Below, one piece after another: positions 53,793 through 64,000 of a stretch of DNA of 64,000 bases (its first letter is position 1; the number at the start of each line of letters is the position of its first letter). Made by a program: the position numbers and the translations under genes. A model generated the notes under the pieces. The model had not been told where the DNA came from, ran no database searches, and worked only from the letters and a program-made list of their open reading frames with translations. Source of the DNA: Ramazzottius varieornatus (Eukaryota; Animalia; Tardigrada); contig BDGG01000003.1 in the NCBI GenBank assembly GCA_001949185.1, positions 1,811,164 to 1,875,163 of the forward strand, in the 5' to 3' direction.

Positions 53793-55401
53793 TATTTTGC
53801 TGTCTGTTCACATTGAAAACATGACGTCACGTGCAGGGTTACGGGGTATCATATTTTGTTGGTTGGTCAATCAAGAATTACAGTGGTGGCGGTGAAACCG
53901 TAACCTCGGTACCGGCCACCACGGTCCACGATCAACGTGTTTGAAAGCTCCACGACTTTTAGTCGCTGTGTTTAAGACATACAATATCCATACCGTTCGA
54001 CTGCGTTCCAGCTTTGAAGCTGTTTTTGTTCTGCAGGAAGTTGGCCGTAAGATGGCGGCAGAATTCAAGACTGCCATCGGGAGAAAGATCCGTTTCGGCA
54101 AGGGACGCCGCCAGTCGTTGAAAACCCTGCTTGGTGGTTCGAAAGCAGGATGAGCAGTCGCCTTGATGAGTTGGAGGTCGGGATGAATGGGATTGGCAGT
54201 CGGGTGGGCGAGCTGGAAACTTGGATGAACCACCGATTTGTGGATATGGAGAAGCGGACCAACGAGCGTTCGATCCAGCATTTGGAGAAGGAAGTAAGTG
54301 CAACGCGGTCGAAAAGGTTTCAGCTCACGCAGGCCGCTCATATTTTTCACTGCCTATCATCATTATAAATTTTTTTGTTTCAACCTTGGTGTGTTTTTTC
54401 CAGTTGGCTAAGATCAGCACTCCCTCCCGCAAATAGAACTAGCACCGGCAAAGACGAAGACTTATTCCTTGTTTGTTGGTTGGTTGAAGTGTTACTGGTA
54501 AACAAACTTTTTCTTTCAACTGGATTTTGGTTTTTGTATCTTTTATGAGACACGCTCTCGCTTTCCTTAGTGGATGATCTTTTGTGAATTTTGTCTGACC
54601 GAAGGGTGTGATGCCTTACTGCATATCCCGTGCTTTTTTCCAGTGACTTTTTTCCGAGACTGCATCTGTCGTTTTCAGCTATGGTATTGGCAGCTTTCTT
54701 TTGAATATTGTTGTGTTACGAAGTGGATATTTGGTCTATGTAGCGGTATCGTTTACCTTCTGGAGAGACACTGCATTTTGGCAAGCTCAAAGAATCGCGT
54801 TAGATCGACGGAATGTTTTGATCCATGGTGACGCGCAGCAGATACAGATTAGTTCACTAGTTCTGCAGACGCTGTAATGGAATTCACCGTGAGAATGTTG
54901 TGTAGGACTTCGTTCAGGTATTTGATACCGAAAGAAAACTGTCATGTGCCACGTAGCGACGTACGACAGCTGCAAAGATAACTTGCCAGAATCACTGAAC
55001 TCTGTGTGTCCCACATTCCCGATCAGTCTGCAATCTGAACACGTGGGGTTCCTGTTACAAGCTCTTCATCTTTGATTCGCCGTAGCAAACGATATTTTGT
55101 GTCCGAAAGTTGACTTACCTATTTGTTTAATGTGTACGAGCAGCTCCGCCGCTCACATTATAGTAGGTTACCGTCTTCAAGTCTGGCACGAGCCTGGTTT
55201 TCCCAAACAAACGATATACCTTGGCAGAAGGCCATGGTGAAAGGAAGTTGAAGGTATTTCTGTCATCGAAAAACTAACAAGTTGTTCGGCGAGGCACGAC
55301 TGAGATAACACACAAATAACGAGGCGAAATTTCATCTGAGAGATAAGTTGTACAAGTACTCGTACGGGGTCAAAGAGAAATTAGTTCACTAATTTCCATA
55401 T

Positions 55402-55706
55402 TTATCCGACGTAGGAGAAAACAGTAGCTTTACAATCGCCGCTGTCGTTCTTGACTTTCACTTCAAATTTACCAGCGTCCTTCCGGTCAGGGTCCTTGAT
55501 TTCCAAAGTGCACAGGTATGAGCCGTTGTCCAGCTTGTTGGCCAGGACGTGGCGACCTCCGGGTTTTACCTTTAGATCGTTCTGGAACCATGCAACTTCT
55601 GGTTGGGTGGCTGAGGCAATGCGGCATTCGAACATAAGTCGCGTACCTTCCGGGTCTTGGCGAATGAATGGCTTCTCTATGAAGGTCGGAGCGCCGGTTG
55701 CCGCTC
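55402..55706 (-). CDS. Small I-set Ig-domain protein (twitchin/DIM-1-like), last coding exon; start exon not located
   Basis: GAPTFIEKPFIRQDPEGTRLMFECRIASATQPEVAWF...LCTLEIKDPDRKDAGKFEVKVKNDSG...*. Confidence 0.75.
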
Positions 55707-57016
55707 TACAAAATAACATCACGTCAAACTTGAATATTGATGATGCATATGGATCTGGAAATGAGGTACTGCAAGATTACACGTACGCTTTTGCTGCCAT
55801 TCAAGCCCGATAATTCTTGCCGATTCGAGAAAATAAACAGGAAAGCCTGAGAGGGATCACGCGGAAAAATTGTCCGCTTAAGCGTTGTCAAATATCCGGT
55901 CGCTTTGAGATAATCCAACAGACACGAGATCAATTCCGTACTTCGGATACGAGGAAGAAGCTGTTCAGTTCTCGGAAGAGTCCACAAAATGTGAGAGAAG
56001 TGGATTGTCCTGCTAGGCAAGGATCTGGGTGGAATCAAAAACGTGACGATATTATGACAGCCCTGCAAATAGGAGGCAGTTTACAGCAGGGAGAATAATT
56101 TCAGTCGGATTTGTAGTGGATCCGAAGCGCAAGATAAGGTCTCATGCAGCCGGAAATATCGGCGAACTCCGTGCCAAAAGAATTGCGGACGATTAGACAA
56201 GGACGAAGAGCAGCATATTTTATAATGATCCTGCAGACTGACTTGTGATTAAGTGTGCCGCATCGGTCACAGTGCTTTCTTGGATTCTTGGTTCTCGATC
56301 GAGTCACTGCACAGTACAGTTGCTGTATGTTTTGATAGATGTGAAGTTGGAAATTGAACCCATTATTTCGTCTGGGCATGTTGGTATGTTGTTGACAGTG
56401 AGAGAATCCACACTATGTGGCTCTTGTCTTGGTAAAGACTGAAGGAGAAAGTACATCAGAGCGAAAAGCAGTTTAGATAACTCGATAGCCTGCATGCTTG
56501 GTCACACCATACCACACCCTGATATGCTGCAGCAATTAGCGCCGCAATTAGCGAGGAAATTAGAAACAGCGAACTAGTTCCCTCCGATCCAGATTCGCAA
56601 AAGTGTATGCAGCTGTCTGGTTTGTTTCAGCCTTGCTTCAACTCGGATCCGGAAGTGCAGCCGCGGCATAAATCATTCTGATCCCGGCCGAGGCTATTAC
56701 GCTTTAAAGTTGTGCTCGAATGATCAGATAACGATTACCGCCGACTTGATGGTTGGGTTAACAGCCGAATGCTGTCCGCGTACGTACAATACATCTAGTG
56801 AAGGAAATGAGTCGATCGGACATGAAATTAAGGCAAGTTATGTATATATTGGGTACTTGGTGGCACAGTTGTTCGGTAAGAGCTCTTCGGAGAGCGTTTT
56901 CGTGCATGTTGATCGATGGAAGACGTTGTTCCAATCAGATTCAACAGACAAGAGCAAAAACCTCGTACCGGAAATCATTAGAACGTGGGCAAATGATTTG
57001 AAATAGATTGTCTGCC

Positions 57017-57063
57017 GAACTGGCGCACACTTTCAGCACAACACAATGGAAACGTGCCACTTG
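57017..57063. repeat. Family A core, not in a recognised intron
   Basis: gaactggcgca-N27-tgccacttg followed by ggaaaacgatct. Confidence 0.75.
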
Positions 57064-58711
57064 GGAAAACGATCTGGTTCAATTCGGTCGACCACGTCCC
57101 CGTTGGTCCTTGGGCTACAAGACTGATAGTCTGATCCATTCCAGGCAATTATGACCGAGAAGAAAAGGGTCTCACACCCATATGGAGTGTGGAAAACACC
57201 ATCAGGAAGTCCCCGTCTCCGCGTTTTATCGGCACTTTCCGGTTGCATGCTGATGGAGCTTGGCTCTCAGTCCAGAAGCTGTGCCCGACGCGAAGTGCAC
57301 TTAGCCGTGATCGTTGTTTGACTTGCAAATGGGTTTTCGTCCGAGGCTAACGATCCACTGGTACCAAGATCTAGTTGCGATTGCAAGATCACCAAGGTCA
57401 AGATTAGTTCTCCTAAAATTATGCAGCGGACAGAGATCACTGAAGCGTTTACGACAGGATAGACGAGTCTCAAGTACGCAACTAAAATTCGGCTTATATA
57501 TCCAGAAACACCCTTGGATTTTATCCAGGAAAAATTCTAAGTCTGCGGAAGTAATTATGTTTTCGTCAGCGTATAAAAGGTGCGGTGAAGTACTCACCCG
57601 AATAATCGGCAGCATGGGGCGATCATTCTTTACGTCACAGCTGCACCCGGAAGTACCAGGTGTACGCGAGCCAGTGATTTATCTTACCATGGTTACGTAA
57701 TACAGTCAAACGTACTGCTGGAAACCATCATCGCGGGAGTGAAAGCGGCGTTCTTCTCACGGTTCGGTTCAATTACGGTCTAACTATCCGTGGGCAAACG
57801 TCGCCGTGTGTATTTAGTTCGATTACCTTCCCGGAAGAGATTGTTCGGAATTCTGGTGTACGGTCTCGAACGTCTACAGGAAGCCCAGATTTGACCAGGG
57901 ATCAGGGAAGGTGCAACCGCGGAACTGCTCCGGCCGGAACTTTTCGCTGTTTCCACCTCGGGAGAACATCTGTTTTCACTCAGTTGCAATCTTAATTGAG
58001 AACCGCTGATTGCAAACCGTTTAGTGGTAGTCCAGCGACCGATAAAAACATCGTGGTCCCTTATACCACTTGTTGATTCACTGATACAGCAACTCTTGCA
58101 AAATCGTGCAAAAATAAAGGGTGGTCGTCTGAAAACAAGATTTCTCGAAATGGTCTGAATTGTTTTGCGGAAAGTAAAAACATGAAAGCGTAGCCAAATT
58201 CATGAGCTATCTGAACCACAAACTGCCTGAGACAGACTGCGCCAAAATCAGAGTGCCGGAACAACTTTCAGAAAAACAAGGTTCGCCTGAAGTTAGTTTG
58301 ATCTTCTTGCGATCCATTCCAGTTTTCGATGAGCACCTAGGTAGTTATACCCACGCTGAAATCAAATTGGGGATGGATTCTCGAACAGGGAGTTCCACAG
58401 AGCCTGTTTCATTCGTGGCGAGAAGTCTTCCTCACCGGAAGTCATGCCAATCAAGTTTCTAACTCTGGTCTCAATGCATGCAAATGAACTATGTCTCTTT
58501 GAGAAGGGCTTGAAAAGTTGAACGAAATCTGTGAAGGACCGAAAGGAGAGCCAGCACTTTGAATTTCTTCTGCGCTGAAGTTCCAGGTGGTAGCAAGTTG
58601 GCGTACTCACCCTGTAGTTGGCTGACAATTAGCTCCCGCACCTTTTGATTAACCGAACCAAATGATCGCTAATTTAAAGCAACATGCCGAAAATTCTATT
58701 AATGATATAAT

Positions 58712-58840
58712 ATGGCCGATGTTTCTTATCAAGGGATCGTCTTCATGTTGTTGGAGCTGGCCTACTAATTAGCTCTCGTAGGTAATAGTCTGATGACAGC
58801 TGCTTTGCGAATGCCTAACCTGCGAACAGCCGGAAACGCC
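58712..58840 (+). pseudogene. Truncated duplicate of a GPCR intron end and exon start
   Basis: ...ctaattagctctcgtag...tgatgacagctgctttgcgaatgcctaacctgcgaacagccggaaacgcc aligns with about 59790-59917. Confidence 0.75.
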
Positions 58841-59328
58841 GTACAGTATCATCTTCCTACCTACCGATGAGGTCCCGAACGATAAGATGTCGGACAGGCA
58901 CTATGCAGCGCTCCACGGATAAGGGCGTAATCCCCACCAGCCGTATGTCAGTCCTTGACTTTTTTTTCATGCATACGACTTGTTGTCCCGTTTCGCCTCC
59001 GGCCGTGTTCGCATGTAGTATCCTTTGTATTCCCAATATACAGCACTCAGTACGTGAGCGCGATTATAAGCTGGCTGAATTTACGAGACCCCTGTTGCTC
59101 GTCTGTTTCTTCTTCCCTTGTGCATTTCAACATCTTTCTCCGTCCTGAACCATATCAAAGAACTGTTTATGGTTTTTTGCGCACGTAGTGAAGTGATTGG
59201 GCGCGGGGACGCCAAGGATAGCTACATTCACCTGTCCCACTATGCGTTTTCTTTGATTCCCGTCTCACCATAGAGCTTGAGCGACAACCCCAGCTTTGGA
59301 GGAAGCGAAGACTGCCGGTTGACCCCGT

Positions 59329-62148
59329 ATGATGTCTTACATGGGACCCGGTTTTCTTCAGGTAGGTGCACATGGAACTCTTGACATCAAGATCTGTTTG
59401 CTAAGCACGGAACGCAGACCGTCCTCGGACTGGCACTCCGAGGACCCTCAGCCGATCCTGTACACAAAAATGTTGCTCCCTGCAGGACAAGGTCAACTCT
59501 TCAATAAAATTTCCAAATTCTCCTAATGAATCCTTCAGCGGAACGACGGCCGTCCTCAACCATCACACCCCTTCCGGACATCCACTTGATGCTTACCCGG
59601 CACTGCAGTGCTTTTTCGTCATTTGTCTGGCGATTCAGAGCGTCTTCGGCACCATCGGAAACATTCTGGTAGATTTTAACTGAACTTTCTTACCAAGCAA
59701 CCGGATGATAATTAATCCAGTGGAGGCTAATCCGCCAGTTGAGAGGCTAAGCTCAATGTTTCTACAAGTCATTTTGTGGAAGTTCGAGTAGGGCCGATAT
59801 CTCTAACACAGGGATCGTCTTTGTGATAAATTTGTTTAAAGCCGGTCTGCTAATTTGCTCTTGTAGGTGATGGCAGCTGTTTTGCGAATACCCAACCTGC
59901 GCACAGCCGGAAACGCCTTTATCGTCAACCTTTCGTTGGCCGACATCTTCGTCACGGCTGTAACACAACCCTCAAATATGATAGGTAATTTGGAATGCAC
60001 GCGATTACTGAATGCAATTATGTAATTGAAAGTTATGAGGCAGATCCTTAATGCGACATTATTCTTCCAGAAATGGTCGACAACCGCAAATTCGAAACCG
60101 TCCAGTAATATAGTTCAATGTGTCCTCTACATGTTAACCGGCAAAATTGACCTGACAACTTTTATAGTTTTCAGGATATAAAATTATGAAGTTGGTTGGG
60201 TCAACTCGGAAGCAGCCCTTCTGTTATCTTTCGGAGAGAGCGATCGGGTACACTAGGCCTGTGTATGCTGATTTACTAGCCGTTGACTTTTGTGCCATGC
60301 AACCCGATCACAATTAAGATTGGACCAAAAATAGACGAATGATAAAAAAACTTATCCAGAACACTTTCTAGAGCGAAAACAGTTGTTTCCACAAAGTTTT
60401 AGTTCTGTAGACCGCGACCGTCTGCGTTTCTTGAGAAATCAGCCTCCAAAGTGAGTTGCTCTCCCTTTTATCAAAATTGCTCGATTGGCGTTGCAGGTCG
60501 CCGTTTGAAAAAACTATCACTTTGTACGCGAGGTTGTTGTCTACAACTTTAGTACTGGTTGGCTCTTGACCAAACGCACGAGTCGTGATAGAACGGTGCA
60601 AAACCAAAATCGGTTTGTGGGTCCACAGCAGCGCACTTCTGCGTCTTTGTGCGTTGCGCGCACCAGTAAATTGTATCATGACCATTGCTCTAACAAACGG
60701 AACGGTCTTTACACGGAAAACGTAGCCCCATCTCCCGTATTTAATTGTTTCCCAGAAGGGCCATAATACGCGATAACCTTCCCCTAAGGCTGTCTCTTTG
60801 TAGGCGCATTATGGGGTGAAAAATGGTTTCAAGATCGCCCTATCCTCTGTTCCAGTAAGTGATGTTCTTTTTTAATGACTTGCAATATCACTCCTCCGCA
60901 CTTTCAATTTGCCTGAAGGGAGGATCTCATTTCGTACTTTCCGTAGTATCCAATACATTTTCTTTCAAATCCGATGTTTACGGTTGCCCTTTGACAGTAA
61001 TCGGGACCTTATGCGCAACGGGGTGCGTAGCTTCAACGTGGAATATTTGCATGATTTCCATCAATAGGTAATCTTTCGATCGAACCGGCTTAGATAACCC
61101 AACATTTTCCCACTGCTGTGCATCAAATGGGACGGCGGCAAATGGCGCGAACATAATCGTTACCCCAAGCGGCGCACATTCTCAGCCAGTGACAATGATG
61201 ACGTGCGCCATTTGAGACTGACGACCGTGTTCAGTTCATCTGTCGACGCCTCAAATTGAGGGTATATCTTCATGCAGTAATCGCCATTCGTTTGCCTGTA
61301 GATACATATTGATCTGTCATCCTGACCTGTACGTCGAGGTCTACACCAAGAAGCGGACGATTTTACTGTGCCTTGCTGTTTGGTTCTTGATATACTCGAT
61401 CGAGCTCCCCAACCATGTCGGTTGGGGCGACAAGCGGTTCTCCGTTGTCTTTTACGTCTGCACATTCGCCAACCACGTTCATTCCTACGCCCTGTTCTAC
61501 ATGGGACTCGGGGTTTTGGTCCCCATCGCTGCAAGCTTTCTAGCCTATCTCGGCATCTACCTCAAAGTCCGGCACTCTACCCTTGTCCGGAAGCGCATCA
61601 GTAGCCGGCAGGCCGATCACAAACTGTCCAAAGCTCAACGTGCGCGACTTCATGTGAAACAGCGGGTCTTTCACGAAGACGTTAAAGTGGCGCATGCCCT
61701 CTTCCGGGTCTTTGTCATCTTCTTGTTGATGTGGCTGCCGGTGGCTGTTCTGATTGTGATGGGAAGGGGGACGGAAGTCTCACCGGTTTGGTACATTCTA
61801 ACGATTCTCTTGGCGCACGGAAACAGCTCCATCAACTGTGTGGTGTATGCTGCGTCCCTAGAGAGCTTCCGGGATGGGTACATGAAGGTGTTGGGAATCC
61901 GGACGAAGCATTCGGAGGGGAAACCGTGGTCTCAAGAGTGTGCGATGGCTATACCCAGTTATATGACTTTGCAGAAAGGGGACAGTCCGACATGCGAAGT
62001 GACGTCTGCTGGGTTGCAGGGTGTGATCGGACGGAGTCGGTTGAATACGCTGACTTCGAACAACGGTTGTATTGAGCTGAACCAAAAGCGCCAGTTTCCT
62101 CAAGAAGTTTCCGTCCGCGAGCAGACACTTGGCTTGTGTACTCCATGA
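59329..62148 (+). CDS. Rhodopsin-class GPCR, melatonin-receptor-like, 6 exons
   Basis: TM1 GTIGNIL; LRTAGNAFIVNLSLAD; TM3 ISINRYILICH (NRY motif and CH, as in melatonin receptors); TM6 FLLMWLP; TM7 AHGNSSINCVVY. Confidence 0.88.
61166..61214. repeat. Family A core, GPCR intron
   Basis: caagcggcgca-N27-tgcgccatttg. Confidence 0.85.
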
Positions 62149-64000
62149 TGAGGTGATCAGACGATTTTAACTTGAATTTTAATTCATAACAGGCGATCTG
62201 ATGTCCCACATGGAAAAACTCAGTAACTTTGACATAAGATATGTCATTCTGTTGCACAATTGAAGTTGTTTCTGTCTTTAAAATTCCACTCATGAACGCT
62301 TCCCCAGCAGCGTCGAAGCATTTTCACTGAGCACAGCTCCACCTGTCGCGTTTCTACCACTTTGTACGCAGGCGTACTACCTAGAAAGGATCCGTGGAAG
62401 GGTTGCCTGTAGGTGGCGCAACAGGATTTTGCGACAGGCCAGCCGTACCCATGCTCTAGTACCGGCGCCCGAGCGGGCTTTCAATCTCATCCAAGCATCC
62501 AGCAGACAACTACGATCGGCGATGTTCTGGCCGAATTCAAGGTCTTTAGTGGCTTACTGCGAAAGCTGTTCCGGACTGCGAGGAAGCAGTGCGAGGAGCC
62601 CGATGCTTGGGTGCCTGGAAAGTCACGAACGTCCGGCGAGGACCTGCGTATCTGCGTTTCAGTATGAAATTGCCGTTTTACGAACGCACAGCTATTTCAA
62701 AAAATTTTGTCTCTCCTAAGAAGCAATTGTATGATTCCCTTTTCTCGCTGAACATTTTGGACGTCGTGCTCTTTCGTTTGAGCATGAGGAAACTTCCCTT
62801 CAGCCTTGTACTTAAATTCTGGAGCCCTTCTAGTCCGTGGCAAAATTTTGAACATTGTGACTTCCTCGTTAAAAGAATTGCTTTGTCGACACCAGCGTTT
62901 CCAAAACTGCGTACGCTAGGTCGAAACGTACGTATCACGGTATGGGTGCTATCGACTTCCAGTTTCAGGTCTGACAGAACAAGTCTTGTTCGGAAAACTT
63001 ACAGAGGGGAAAAAATGCTGTAAAAACTCACTTTTGTGAACAGAAACGTTCTCCCCTATTCAACGCTGCGAGAAAAATTTGGTGGTGCAAAACAAGTAGA
63101 CTTTGTCGTTGAAGTTAGACATCAGCCGAATTTCGAAAGCCGTATTATGACGCAGAAACGAAGTTTTGAAGTGCTATCCCAAAGAGCGGCAAGTTCATAC
63201 TGAAAGACCTAATACATCATCCATTGATACTGATTCATACCGATAGCGACGCTGAAAAACTTTGCCTATTGTCGGCATTGAGGGAAGAGTCTGCCATGGG
63301 ACATGTGGTGGACATTCCGCGCGTGGTCGTGGCAAATTAGGCGCATCTTGCGCAAAGCCCAACAAGAGGACAAATGAGTATGTCCACATTGAATTACTGC
63401 TAGCGGAGCGTGGAATGTGCTTGACAAAGTAGCCGGGCTAAGTAACTCGGCCAAAAAGAGTGGAGGATGACGGCATTGAGGAGTAATTTCTTGCATGAAA
63501 GACGTAAGACAAGCTGTTCTTTCTCATCAATGACATTTGGTCGCTCCATCCATCCGTGCATCAATCATCTTCTTTAGCCAAAGAAATGTTTGTGTCCTCT
63601 AATTGACACTGCCCAATTGCGTACAGTCCATTTTCTTCTGACGGAAACTCGAGGTCCCGAGGGAGGTGTCGTAATATACCTGAAGAAGGTAAATGGGTTA
63701 TGGCAGACTCGTATTGCAGCTGGTCTCTCCTGTTTAATAAGCCGGCCATGGTAGGGAAGGCAGTCCACCTTTTGAAGGCTGGACTCGCGGCTGGATTAGC
63801 TCGATGGACGCCCCGCTCGTTCGCTGCAAAGTGATTATCGGACAACAATCCCGCAATTTGTCCCAGCATGTGTCTGCAGAATGTGTTGGCTCAAGCGGAA
63901 GATATGAGATGTGCGCTTGTGTCCATCACAAGTAATTTGCACGGATGTGACTGCCGAGTACCGACAAAGGCCAATTATCTCAGCGATACTCAAGCTTAAC

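Noticed and set aside
53941-54436. Heptad-like coiled-coil ORF (MSSRLDELEVGMNGIGSRVGELE...) with a possible intron
   Set aside because: Short, appears frameshifted and matches no family I recognise; not enough support to call a gene.
63195-63869. Two minus-strand ORFs with loosely similar W..(F/M)PT...YES segments
   Set aside because: Similarity is weak and no gene structure can be built at the window edge.

Overview
Gene-dense window from a compact animal genome; most introns are about 50-90 bp. Genes in order: 3' part of bifunctional Glu-Pro tRNA synthetase EPRS (+), RPS29 (-), BLOC1S2 (-), a BET double-bromodomain gene (+), PSMC2/Rpt1 (-), an SS18-like QPGY-rich gene (-), an orphan multi-exon gene (+), EIF6 (-), APRT (+), a UCP4-like mitochondrial carrier (+), a frameshifted MAGI/guanylate-kinase-like fragment (-), a secreted PAN/apple protein (-), UBR5/hyd (-, about 14 kb), a transposon-rich stretch (decayed pogo/Tc2-like transposon, hAT-type MITEs, nested palindromes), a small twitchin/DIM-1-like Ig gene (-) and a melatonin-receptor-like GPCR (+). 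The main unexplained signal is that most enlarged introns carry one of two fixed-geometry inverted-repeat modules of 49-50 bp. Family A is CAAGTGGCGCA-N27-TGCGCCACTTG (19 copies, 18 intronic, one per intron). Family B is ACCTGCATAC-N30-GTATGCAGGT (14 units in 8 introns, largely unrelated spacers). Arms and spacer length are conserved while spacer sequence is not, and A and B never share an intron here. All counts and alignments were made by eye and need computational confirmation.
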